Shown in pieces: positions 13,401 through 25,172 of a stretch of DNA of 64,000 bases (its first letter is position 1; every line of letters starts with the position of its first letter). Source of the stretch: Callorhinchus milii. Its lineage: Eukaryota. Under the pieces are notes generated by a model. It was not told where the DNA came from, did no database searches, and saw only the letters and a list, made by a program, of their open reading frames with translations. The position numbers and the translations under genes were made by a program. Location: assembly GCF_018977255.1 (NCBI RefSeq), contig NW_024704743.1:1426001-1490000 (forward strand). Reading direction: 5' to 3'.

Positions 13401-14813
13401 CGTAAAGTTAAATCATTTCACCAGTGACGTGTGTTGGGGTGCGGGGCTAATGCAGAAACCTTTCACAGGAAACAGAGGGGGGGTGGGGGGTTATCAGCAG
13501 TGGAGCAAAAGTGTAACGTGTTCTTGCTGAGCATCGGTTGAGTGAGCTCCTCCGTCCCCCCCCCCCGTTCCCCCCCCTCCGCCCACCCCCAGTGTCATTT
13601 CACTAGAGTACGTTTCCATCGATTTTTCACCGAGTGAGAGGAGTTCACGAACCATTATAATATCACCTCCACCGGATCAATATCTCACACCTCTGGAGAG
13701 TGATTCCCTTACCTTGTTAGGCTGTGGACCAGTCTGGCACGATGGGTCACACATTTATCCAGAAAGGCTGAAGGTTATTTCTGGTTGAATTGAAGCCTGA
13801 GGCAGCGATGCTGAATCTATCACCAGCCATTGGGTTGGTTGGCAGCTGGAGTATTCTGGGCATCGCGCCATAATAAAAAAAATAATAGTAATAATCCTCG
13901 CGTTTGACCCGGCGCCTCCTCACGTCGTCGGACGTCTCAAAGCGCTTCACAGGAAAAACGCCGTAAAGTTTTGTGGGAGAAGCACGGCAGCCAATTGGGC
14001 CCCCAGCGACGGCCCCTCAAACAGTCGTGGATTAAGTGATCACGTCATTATTTGTTATTGGGAGGGATTATCACCCCCAGAAACCGGTCCTCCAATCGAC
14101 TAACAAGCCGGTACTACTTGCTGCTGGTAAACAGAGGCGTGTGTGCGTGTGTGGAGTAAGGAAACTTGCCGAGGGTTTCACCCCGACTGCCCGGGAACCG
14201 AACACGATTATATAAAGGACATCAACTCGCGCTTGTCACCTTGAGCCTGGATTACTCCAACGCTCTCCTCGTCAGTCTCCCCTCCCTGTCCTGTCCTGTC
14301 CTGTCCTGTCCGACCTCCTCACTCCCCCCAATCCACCACCCAGTCAGCGCCTCCGCTCGACTGGCCCCCGGCTCCTGCTCGTCCCTCGCTCCCTCCGCCC
14401 CACCGTCGGAGGTGGCGCTCTCCGCCGCTACGCCCCGACATTCTGGAACGCTCTCCCTCAATCCCTCCACCTGCCCCCCCTCTCTCCCCTCTTTCAAGTC
14501 CCGCCTGAGAACCTTCCTCTTCGACCGTAAAGTGTAGTGACTTGCGTGTATTGTGGGCGAATCCCGGCAGACAATTAACAACAATAACAACATTTAATCA
14601 GCGCCTTTCGGGTCGGGAGGACTTCCCAAGACCCTGGACGGTCTGGGATTTGGACCCGAGCTGGGGGTTGGGATCAGGAGGGGGTGGAGGGCAATGGAGG
14701 GTAGAGGGTAGGGGGCTCGGTCGAAGAGGAGGTGTCTTGAGAAGTTTGGAAGAACTGTTGGAAGAGAATTCAAATTAAGGTTTGTTTTATGTACAAAACA
14801 CATCGACATGAAC

Positions 14814-14819
14814 TTTATT
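14814..14819 (-). terminator. Candidate VIPR1 polyadenylation signal
   Basis: AATAAA on the minus strand about 0.9 kb downstream of the stop codon. Confidence 0.4.
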
Positions 14820-15382
14820 GACTTCACAGCTGGAGACTTGGAATGAACGCATTCAGAGTTGTTGCCAGAGCTCGCGATGTACAGGAGTGGCCACGGACAT
14901 AGATTGTGGAGGTGTTTGGCATTTAAGAGAGCACGTAACTTCAACACACCGCTTGGCGCTTATAAATATTGGAACACAGACGTCCTACATTCAACTGGTT
15001 CATTATACACCATAGACGTGAGCACACATACACACACCAACACACACGCACCAACATACACACACACCAACACACACGCACACCAACACACACACACCAA
15101 CACACACCCACGCACACACAAACACACATACACACACAGAGAATCAAGATAAAACCTTCTGACTTGGAGGCGAGAGTGCTTCCGACCGATATGGAATGCG
15201 CACTCTCTCCCTGGAGAGATTTTCTTATCTAATTGACTATATAATAATAATAATAATAATCTCGCCCACAAAACATTGTCAATTCACTTTACGGTGTAAC
15301 CTGTGAAGTGATTTGAGACGTCTCGCAGACGTGATACGGAGCTGTATCAAATGCAAGGATTATTATTATTATTATTGTTGTT

Positions 15383-15695
15383 GGGTGGGGGTGGGATGGG
15401 GTGGTATGGGGTTGGATGGGGCGAGATGGGATGGGGTGGGGTGTGGTGGGATGGGATGGGGCGAGATGGGGTGGGATAGGGTTGGATGGGGCGAGATGGT
15501 GTGGGATGGGATGGGATGGGGTGGGATGGAGTGGGATAGGGTGGGATGGAGTGGGATAGGGTGGGATGGGGTGGGATGGAGTGGGAAGGGTGGGATGGAT
15601 TGGGATGTGATGGAGTGGGATGGGATGGAGTGGAAGGGAGTGGGATGGGGTGGGAGGGGTGGGATGGAGTGGGAGGGGTGGGATGGGGGGCGGGG
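15383..15695. repeat. Degenerate (GGGAT/GGGGT)n pentamer repeat
   Basis: Direct inspection. Confidence 0.9.
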
Positions 15696-15712
15696 TTGGT
15701 AACTGCACAGCG

Positions 15713-15895
15713 CTAGACGATGGAAGACTCTGTGTGGAAGCTGAATGACGAGGCTTTGGGGCTGGATTTGGAGAGCATGGAGATCTGTGTGGCACAGCTG
15801 GCATTGCTGTTGCAGGGCTGGTGGTACTTCATGCCTGTGCCCAGGTACTTCTCAATGTGCCAACGCCTCCACTTCCTCCTCAGCTCCGACTGAAC
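15713..15895 (-). CDS. VIPR1: VIPR1 exon 13 (VQSELRRKWRRWHIEKYLGTGMKYHQPCNSNASCATQISMLSKSSPKASSFSFHTESSIV*)
   Basis: cccag acceptor, TAG at 15713-15715. VPAC1-type helix 8 and tail. Confidence 0.95.
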   Translation of the reverse strand, partial: VQSELRRKWRRWHIEKYLGTGMKYHQPCNSNASCATQISMLSKSSPKASSFSFHTESSIV

Positions 15896-16273
15896 CTGGG
15901 GTAGGGGGCAACAAACAGGGAAGGGGTGAGGCGGGTGGGGGGGTGGTGGTGCGGTGGGGAGGGAGGTTACTAACTGCTCCAATTCACTTCCAGTCACTTT
16001 CATCCTGAGACAATACATCTTGATATTCAACCAGCAGGAAGGCGACATCGGACCCTGGTTACTTGGTTTAAAATACCATCTCAAGAAGTGTTGGGGGTCA
16101 CCTTTCTCCCCCCCCCCCCCACCACACCCTCCCCAGCCCGCTCTGCTCAAACCCTCAGCCCGTGGACCCAGCCAACAGCGTTAAACGGCGAGGCACGTCC
16201 TCCCGGCGCGAAGGGCGCCGTGCGATTGTGAACGGCGTTGTATTTACAGAGATACCCGTCTGGTGCTTCTTAC

Positions 16274-16315
16274 CTCTCCATTCAGGAAGCAGTACAGGAC
16301 GGCCACGACACAGCC
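16274..16315 (-). CDS. VIPR1: VIPR1 exon 12 (GCVVAVLYCFLNGE)
   Basis: 42-bp class B1 TM7 exon with AG/GT boundaries. Confidence 0.95.
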
Positions 16316-16874
16316 CTGCGAAGAGTGAAGAGCAATATCGGTTATTGGCAACTCGCTCAGTGTCAGCTGATGCTCCAGGCCAGTGCTGGGGATGGGGGTG
16401 GGGGGAGAGGGTGGGGGGAGCACCGCCAGAGGTGCCGTCCTTCGGATGAGATGTTAACCCGAGCTCCCGTCTGCCCCGGTTCAGGTTAAATAATCCCATC
16501 TCTTCTCCAGTACCTTCTCCATCATCCACCTCAACAGGCAGACACAACCTCGGTTTAAGTGTCCGAAGACACTCCCCACCTCCAACAGAGCAGCTCCACC
16601 ACCCCCCCCCCACTCCCCACCCCACAACCCCCCCCCTCTTCCCCCTCCCACTCCCCACCCCACCCCACCCTCCCCAAAGGAGGAGAGAAGCTTTGAAAGC
16701 GAGGACGAGGATTTTGAACTGAAAAATCGGCCTGTGGTTGATCCCACAATCTTCTGACCCGGAGGCAAAGAGCTTTGCTGTTCAACCGTGAAGACGTCTC
16801 AATATTTCTCCTTACAAAAAAATGCTCTCAAATGCCGAGAGGTTTGGTTTGACTTTGCCTGGAACCAGACTATA

Positions 16875-17262
16875 AATAATAATAATAATAATAATAATAA
16901 TCCCGGCATTTGACACAGCGCCTTATCACGTCTTCGAGACGTCTCAAAGCGCTTCACAGGATACACTGTAAAATGAATTGACTGTGTGTTTTGTGGGCGA
17001 AACGCGGCGGCCGACTGCGCACAGCAGCGTCCCCACAAACAGCCGCGGGTTGAGCGACCAAATTATTATTATTTTTAAAATTTTATCTTGAAGGGATTAT
17101 CATCCCCGGGAAAAGCGATCCGCCCAGCGACTAACAACCGGGTTCCTACTGACGTGTGTGTGTGTGTGTGTGTGTGGAGTGAGGAAACTTGCCCAATGTC
17201 TCGCCCTGACCCGGCCGAGAGTCGAACCCCGGGTCCTCTCGCTCGCGAGGCGAGGGCTCTAA
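16875..17262 (-). mobile_element. tRNA/Deu/L2-tail SINE
   Basis: Same family, in VIPR1 intron 11. Confidence 0.85.
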
Positions 17263-17824
17263 CAGGACATACAGGACTTCGAGACGGAATGCTGTCAGTA
17301 AATGATTAAAGGATTGAAAGTCGAACCACCTTAACCCAACGCAATGGGTGGCCCAATACAAATGCTTGTTTTGTGGTTTATTTGGTTTTCATTGGATAAA
17401 TACGATCCCAAATGTTATATTTACTATTTGCCGGAATGAGGAGTGGGTTGTGTGATTTGTGCCGTGTTATTTATCTACCAACGCCCTTGATTGCGTGTGT
17501 GTGTGTGTGTGTGCGTGTGTGTGTGTATGTGTCAGCGTTGGGAGAATTAACAGGTGGTCAAACTGCTTGCATTGTGGCTCAGTGAGTGAGCTAAGGCCAT
17601 CTCCATGGGAGCCACGATACAGAGGGTTACCATCGACCGTGGGGTTGAACCCTAACAGCAACGTAACCAGTGGGGAATGAAACCCCTCGTGATGTAGAGT
17701 GTGTCTTTACGCCGCAAGGCATTACGCTACGCTAACTCCCTGCTTGAGGTAGGGAGGAGCAAGAGGGTGGAGGGGGCTTTAAAGGTCAGGACAAGGATAA
17801 AGTGCGACTCTCTCTCTCTCTCAC

Positions 17825-17954
17825 CTGAAATGACCCCAGGATGAGATCAAACACCAGCTTGAACTCCACTTTGAAGTTGTCGGGGAAGAACGCAAACACG
17901 ATGTAATTCAGCCCAAACAGAGGAATCAGTAAGAGAGTTGACTTCGCTAATCTC
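17825..17954 (-). CDS. VIPR1: VIPR1 exon 11 ([43 protein letters not shown])
   Basis: 130 bp, TM6-ECL3-TM7, AG/GT boundaries. Confidence 0.95.
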
Positions 17955-18419
17955 CTGTTAATAAGAGAGAGAGAGAGAGGGAGAGAGACGCCCATGAGAA
18001 CAAAGATCCTTCAGACCCGACCTCTGATCTCTGCCCACTTCATGTCCCCGTGGCTTACCCACCCCACCATCATCAGACCGGCTTTCAGCTGCTCTGTCCC
18101 TGGTCTCCCTCCCTCCATTCATAGTCCATCTCAAGGCCACTGTATTCAATGTAAGTTGTTGCAACAACAACAACTTGTATTTACACAGGCCCCTTTCACT
18201 TCAGGAGGATGTCCCAAGGGGTGCCGGAGAGTTTTAGGGTTTGCATTTGACCAGCTGGGGGTTGGAATTGGGGGTTGGGGGTGGGTGGAGGGCAGGAGGG
18301 GTGGAGGCGGGAAGATGACCGAAGGCACGGACACAGAGAAAGGTCTTGAGATGAGCCTTGAAGGAGGCGTAGTCGAGCCGGGACATGAAGAAAGACAGCG
18401 CGAGGCTGGTTTTACTTAC

Positions 18420-18511
18420 GAGTATTGACTGGACTCACTGGGTCCGATGTCCAGGGAGTGTAGCTTCTGTACCAGGATTCGGATGATACCGATAAAGAGA
18501 ATAAAGTTTAC
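18420..18511 (-). CDS. VIPR1: VIPR1 exon 10 (VNFILFIGIIRILVQKLHSLDIGPSESSQYS)
   Basis: 92 bp, TM5-ICL3, AG/GT boundaries. Confidence 0.95.
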
Positions 18512-18639
18512 CTGGAGAGGCAAAAACACCAGGACGTAAGAATTTGCTGGACATAAGAAGATCAAGGTCCATCTCATCCCTTCCACCGTCCTGGCAGTGG
18601 CTTGCACATGTCACGTCAGGCCTCGCACCAAGCTATCCA

Positions 18640-18992
18640 TCTTCAACGTCTTCGAGGCGTCTCAAAGAGCTTCACGGAATATACCGTAAAGTGTAGTGAC
18701 TGTGTGTTTTGTGGGCGAAACGCGGAAGCCGATTGCTCACAGCAGCGTCCCCCACAAACAGGTCGTGGATTGGTTTATTATTATTTTTGTTTTGAAGGGA
18801 TTAGTACCCCGCGGAAAAGCAATCCACCAATCCACTGACAACCAGGTTCCTACATTAAAGCGAGTGCGCGCGTGTGTGTGTGTGTGTGGAGTAAGGAAAC
18901 TTGCCCAACGTTTCACTCCTGCCCGGGAATCGAACCCAGGCCCTCTCGCTTGCGAGGCGAGGGCTCTAACCCCTGAGCTACAGGGACTCCAC
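18640..18992 (-). mobile_element. tRNA/Deu/L2-tail SINE
   Basis: Same family, in VIPR1 intron 9. Confidence 0.85.
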
Positions 18993-19053
18993 TGTGAGAA
19001 GATTATCATCACATCAAATACAGGTTGAAACCAGCGGCGTGGGTCTGCCTTAC

Positions 19054-19120
19054 CAAAAGGGATATTAAGATCGGGCCTTTGATGATCCACCAGAATGGAG
19101 ATTCAATGGTGTCCCAACAT
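19054..19120 (-). CDS. VIPR1: VIPR1 exon 9 (CWDTIESPFWWIIKGPILISLL)
   Basis: 67 bp, ECL2 CWD and WWIIKGP motifs, AG/GT boundaries. Confidence 0.95.
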
Positions 19121-19508
19121 CTGGAAAACATATACAACCGCTTCAATATCCCTCAGCGAACAGAAGGTCTACAGTAATATTAAGCCTCGCATTTGATACT
19201 GCGCCTTATCGCGTCTTCGAGACGTCTCAAAGCGCTTCACGGTATATAATGCTGTAAAGTGAATTAACTATATTTTGTGGGCGAAACGCGGCAGCCAGTC
19301 CCGGCCAACAATTCCCCCCAATAATATTCGACCGTTTTTACATGGTTGTTGGGGGGACGTTGCTGTGCGCAATTGGCTCCTGCTATTGACCCACGGAGCC
19401 AGCTCAGTCCCAAGGAGACCCCACTTCCTCCCACTCCCCCAACCCCCTCTCCCCCCCCCTCCCTCCACCCCCAAACTCCTGGAAGAATAGAAGAGGCTGA
19501 TATCTTAC

Positions 19509-19569
19509 CCAATGTTGTCGAAATGAAATCTGGTGATGGACCAGGTGGTGATAAACAGCGTTGGGGACC
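19509..19569 (-). CDS. VIPR1: VIPR1 exon 8 (GSPTLFITTWSITRFHFDNIG)
   Basis: 61 bp, TM4, AG/GT boundaries, phases consistent. Confidence 0.93.
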
Positions 19570-20144
19570 CTGTGGATAATTACAAAAAAATTGCTTTCGA
19601 TCAGAATTTCGCTGCCTGCGATTTTCCTACGCCCGTTTCCTACGCTAGGAGGAGAATCCCAAGCTCAGCGGTTAGAGCGCTCGCCTCACAAGCGAGAGGA
19701 CCCGGGTTCGATTCCCGAATCGGGACGAAACCTTCGACAAGTTTCCTGACTCCACACCCACCCCCGCCTCTGCTTACCCAGCGGTAAGTAGAAACCTGGT
19801 AGTTAAGTCAATTGGCGGATGGCTTTTTGGGGGACAATAATCCCTCGAAAAAAATAGGACAATTTGGTCACTCAGTCCCCGACATTTCCTGGGATATTGG
19901 CTGCCTTGTTTCGCCCCCAAAATACGCTGCTAATTCACTTTACAGTATATCCTGTGAAGCGCTTTGAGAGAGAGAGAGACTCCCTTCGAATAGTGCCGCA
20001 GGATCTTTAGGTCCACCTGGACAGGCCTCGGTTTAACGTCTCGCCTGTAGGACGTGGGGGATGGAACCCACAACCTTCTGGCTCAGAGGCTACCCGCTGC
20101 GCCAGGCTGGCAAACTAATGACAGAGAGCGAGGCGGGTACGTAC

Positions 20145-20298
20145 CCCAGCCGATCACGATGTACCACCAGAAGTACTTCTTCTCTGAGAAGAACGAGATG
20201 ACTAGCAGCGTGTGCAGGTACAAGCCTTCTACCAGCAGCCAGAAGAAGTTGGCCATGATACAGTACTGGAAGAAAACCATGGCAACCTTACAGCCGAC
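20145..20298 (-). CDS. VIPR1: VIPR1 exon 7 ([52 protein letters not shown])
   Basis: 154 bp, TM3-ICL2-TM4 with the WLLVEGLYL and GWG motifs. Confidence 0.96.
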
Positions 20299-20934
20299 CT
20301 GAAACCGAAAGGGAGCGAGAATTCAGTCCGGGTTGAAGCCGTAATATTCAAGAGAAAGCGGATTACTTTCGAAATATCTCGGGCCAATTTTACGTACTGA
20401 TCTCCTGCTCGTGAAGTCCTGCAGCTCAGAGAGCTCGCCTCGCAAGCCAGAGGACCTGGGCTTGTTTCCCCGGGAACACCCCCTACCATTTCAAGACCTT
20501 CTCACTCATCTACAAATCCCTTCACCTCCCGACCTCTCCGACCTGCTCTCTCTCCCCCACTCCGCCACCTTTTGCCTCCGCTCGTCCCAGCTCCGGCCTC
20601 CTGCTTGTCCCCCGTCCCCTCCTCTCCCCTCCACCTTCAGCCACTACACCCAGAAGCGTTGGAACTCTCTCCCCCTCTCAATCCCTCCGTCTCGACCCCT
20701 CCTTCCCCTCTTTTAGATCACGACTGAAGTCCTTCCTCTTTGACCGTGCTTACGGTCACCTCCTGCCCCCCCCCTACCCCCCCCACCCCCCCACCGGCTG
20801 GGTGTCAAGCTCCACCATTGTTAAGCGCTCCGAGACTCTGTCTCCGTGTGTGTAAATGCAAGTTGTTGTTCTTACTGCTGCTGCAGAGTTAACGATTGGG
20901 GACAAATCCCTATTTCCCGCTCCACTTCACGTAC

Positions 20935-21067
20935 CGAAGTCACGAAGCAGTGATCTGACTCCTCGTTCTCAAACAGGACAAAGTCCTTGATAAAGACTGC
21001 GATGGCCCTCAGCATGAAGGACATGAACAGGTGCATGTGGATGTAGTTCCTGGTACAATGCAGCTTC
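20935..21067 (-). CDS. VIPR1: VIPR1 exon 6 ([44 protein letters not shown])
   Basis: 133 bp, class B1 LHCTRNYIH motif, AG/GT boundaries. Confidence 0.96.
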
Positions 21068-21719
21068 CTACAACAACAACAACAACATCATCAACAACAA
21101 CAACAACACATTATTTGTAAAGTGCCTTTCACGTCGGGCGGCCAATAATAATAATTATAATAATAATAATAATCCCGGCATTTGACACAGCGCCTCATCA
21201 CGTCATCGAGACGTCTCAAAGCGCTTCACAGGATAGACGGTAAAGTGAATTGACTGCGCATTTGTGGGCGAAATGGTCAGGGATTTGGACCTGAGCTGAG
21301 GGTTGGGATCAGGAGGGGGTGGAGGGCCGGGAGGGTGGAGGGATTGGAGGGTGACAAAGGCACGATCGAAGAGGAGGGCCTTGAAATGGGAAGAGATGGG
21401 TGGGAAGCCTCTGTTTGGAGATGATTATAAACACTTAGGGACTCAATAGGTTAGATCCAGAGAAGCTATTTGCTCTGGTGAGGAAATCCAGAAGAAGGGC
21501 ATCATCTTAAAGTGAGTTACTGGTAGGAGTGAAACTATTTCTTTCCCGCAAAGGGTTGCGGAAATCTGGAAGGAAGGGGTGAGCAAAAGTGGGAATGAAG
21601 TAAAGCTGAGAGAAAAGAGGGAGAGATAAGGGCAAAAGAGGTTAAATTGGCAGAAGAAGGAGATAATGTCCCACTTCTGCGCTTGTGCGTGAGATGAGTG
21701 AGTGGAGGTTCCTTCTCAC

Positions 21720-21817
21720 CTGAAGATACAAAGAATGCTCATAGCTGCCGTCAGGGAAAAGAGAGACAAGCTGTAGCCAACCGTGTAGCCTATCTTCACG
21801 GCTCCATAAAATATTCT
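21720..21817 (-). CDS. VIPR1: VIPR1 exon 5 (RIFYGAVKIGYTVGYSLSLFSLTAAMSILCIFR)
   Basis: 98 bp, TM1 YTVGYSLSL motif, AG/GT boundaries. Confidence 0.95.
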
Positions 21818-22312
21818 CTGCGGGCGAAAAAGAAATGTATTGATTGACTCTTATATGTTATTTTTAGCTCTCCATCCAACAACAATAACAACTTCCATTT
21901 ATATAGCGCCTTTAACTGGTTAGACTTCAGCAGTTACTCCCAACGCACACTCTGGGCTCCCCTCACCCCCCCCCCCACCCCCCCTCAAGCCTTGGCTCTC
22001 GCCAACCTGTGCCTAATGCTCTCCGGAATTAGGTAAACAGGTGCGTCCCTCCAGAGAGAGAGAAAGGAGGGAGAGAGAGCGAGAGAGAGAGAGAGAGTGA
22101 AAGAGAGAGTATTCCATTCCGACAATCTATCTCTGGGATTCCCACGTGTCGTTGGGAGGTCTGGAATTCTCAGTTGGGTTTGGAGACTCTTAAGCGACGG
22201 TGACGGGTTTCCACGTGTGTCAGACACCCACCGGTTGACTCCCAAAAATTGGCAGAGTTACAGTAAAACTCTGAGACGCTACCACTCGTAAAGGGCACTA
22301 TAAAGCTTTGTG

Positions 22313-22650
22313 GTGTAGTGGTTAGAGCATTCGCCTCTCAAGCCGGAGGACCTAAGTCTGATTCCCGGTCAAGGCGTAACGCCTCTGTTGACCTAGCGGT
22401 AAGTTGGAACCCGGTTGTGATTTGATTGGCGATTGCTTTCTGGAGTAATAATCCCTTCAAATAAATAAATAATAATAATAAATCGGTCACTCAATCCACG
22501 GCTGTTTGTGGGGACGCTGCCGGGCGCAATTAGACTGCCGCATTTCGCTCACAAAACACACCGTCACTACACTTTGCGGCGTAGCCCGTGAAGCGCTTTG
22601 AGACGTCTCAATGACGCGATACGGCGCTGGGTCGAGTGCGAGGATTATGA
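22313..22650 (+). mobile_element. tRNA/Deu/L2-tail SINE
   Basis: Same family. Confidence 0.8.
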
Positions 22651-23367
22651 CCATTAACGGGGGCATAGCGCTCGACAGTCGACAGACTCACAACGAAAAT
22701 TTGCCAGACTCTGTGCCTTCCACTCCCCCACGACTCAGTTAAAGCTGAACCCGAGTCTAACCTTATAGACAGACAAAAGCTGACAGTTCTCCAGCAATGG
22801 CTCCAGGTACCTCAATCAATTCGCTGGAAGAATTACTCATTTCTTGTGCATTCATCAGCAGTCGGGGGGGAGAACAGGTTTCAAAGGAGGGTGGGGGGGG
22901 GGATGTTTTCAATGCTAACGTGCAGCGCGGAGAGATTATTAAAAGGCTTTCTCCTGGCAGACCTTGACACCAGTATATTACCACTCTCAGCACAAAATAA
23001 AAGCTACTTTCTTCCTGTCTGGTAATCGAAGAGACCAGGAGATTTGTGTTAATTGGCATTGAATTTAACCCGCTGAGTCCCCTTCTCTGCGTTATTCAGC
23101 TACAAGTTCCTCCAAACCTCATTCACACGTAGCCGAGAGGTGATAATGGAGCTTTCAGCCTCCGCTCGCAAGAGAGAGGTCTCCAGTTCGATTCCTGGGT
23201 TAGTAATAATAATCATAATCCCTGCATTTGGTGTAGCGCCTCTCATCACGTCTTCCAGACGCCTCAAAGCGTTCTCGCCTCTGAGTCAGAAGGTTGTGGG
23301 CTCAAGACCAGAGCTTAGTCGGGAGAGGCTACGAGGGAATCGAATGACCTTAAGGTCGCTCACTGAC

Positions 23368-23471
23368 CTGTTCCTCGGACGAGGTGATGTTGGCGTTGAC
23401 CCTACAGGCGAGGAGGTAGGAGCGAGAGAGAGCAGTCCAGCCCTCGCTCGTACAGTTTCTGCTGACGTTGG
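23368..23471 (-). CDS. VIPR1: VIPR1 exon 4 (ANVSRNCTSEGWTALSRSYLLACRVNANITSSEEQ)
   Basis: 104 bp, hormone-binding domain RNCT..GW motif, AG/GT boundaries. Confidence 0.93.
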
Positions 23472-23789
23472 CTGGAAGACAAGACGGAAAAAAACTTCAC
23501 AGGTTCGGAAGCTCCACAAGCTGTAGGATCAAGCGATCAGTGGAGTGTCATTGAGACACAAAGAGAATCCATGGCTCCCCGGTATACAATACAGTTTATC
23601 TTCCCCCCAAAATTAAAAGAGTAATAATTTGGTCACTTCACTCCACGGCTGTTTGCGGGGATGTCGTCGGGCGCAATTGGCTGCTGCGCTTCGCCCACAA
23701 AACACACAGTCACTACACTTTACAGTGTGTCCTGTGAAGCGCTTTGAAACGTCTCGAAGACGTGATAAGGCGCTGTGTCAAATGCCAGG

Positions 23790-23837
<48 letters not shown>

Positions 23838-24216
23838 AGTATTTCACGTATGGAGCCCGGAGTGTGCGATTCGGGGGTGACTGCTGGGGTCTAACCAGCT
23901 AAGCCCACAGGGCTTGGCCGTCGAGGGCGCTGTCTGGCCAAGCTTTCCCGCTGCTTGTCCAGCGAGGACCACCCAACCACCCGTTAGTCAGGGCTTTGGC
24001 TCGGAAGGTGAACCAGGAGGGTTAAGGGCTGAGTGGGATGATTCCCAATGACTGGTCTGAATTCCACACACGTAACGGTAATTCCCATGTGTTGGCATGG
24101 GATGCTCACCTTCTCCCCAGAGGGACACAGACCACTTGCCCTCAGTCCGGAGAGGGTTAGCGAGGGTCGTTGTTGGACGTGGGTCCATTGCTGTGCGTCT
24201 CTTTAGTCGTACTCAC

Positions 24217-24324
24217 CCTGAACGTCAAAGTACAGAGCCGATAACTGTGGACACGGAACCACCACCACCTCCCCAGTGTTAGCTGAGGGCCAGCATGTTA
24301 TATTGTCCCACATTCCTGTACATC
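24217..24324 (-). CDS. VIPR1: VIPR1 exon 3 ([36 protein letters not shown])
   Basis: 108 bp, C..WD..TCWP...G..V..PCP extracellular-domain signature. Confidence 0.95.
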
Positions 24325-24417
24325 CTGAGGGGAGAGAGAGAGAGAGGAGGGAGGGAGGGAGGGAGGGAAGGAAGGAGGGAGGGAAGAAGGGAGGGTCAGC
24401 AATTCACATTCACACCT

Positions 24418-24770
24418 TGAGTCCCTGTAGCTCAGCGGTTCCAGCCCTCGCCTCGCAAGCGAGAGGACCCGGGTTGGATTCCCGGGGCAGGGAGAAACCT
24501 CGGGCAAGTTTCCTTGCTCCGCAGGCTTCTAGCGGTAAGTAGGAACCCGGTTGTTAGTCGATTGGCGGATCGCTTTCCGGGGGTAACCATAATCCCACCC
24601 TAAAAAACACTCAACCCACGACTGTTTGTGGGGACGCTGCTGTGTGCAATAGGCTGCCGCGTTTCACCCACAAATACACAGTCCCTACACTTTACAGTCT
24701 ACTCCGTGAGGGGCTTTCAGACGTCTCATCAACATGATAGGACACGACATCAAACGCAAGGGTTATATAT
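24418..24770 (+). mobile_element. tRNA/Deu/L2-tail SINE
   Basis: Same family. Confidence 0.8.
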
Positions 24771-24951
24771 TGATTGAGTCCCAATTGTGTATTGCTGTCT
24801 AATGATTTTTCGCAGTGTTACTTTACCTTGTCCTGTTTTATGAATATATGTGGAAATCAAATCACACTGAGTAAACAATGTAAATTGATGATACATCTGT
24901 TCTCTTTGATGGCTGTATAATGTTTATTAATGCACCTGGTGGGTTGCAATT

Positions 24952-25172
<221 letters not shown>

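Noticed and set aside
13713..13846. Minus-strand exon-like segment ending AAG|GTAAGG
   Set aside because: Stops in all three frames. It cannot be supported as coding.
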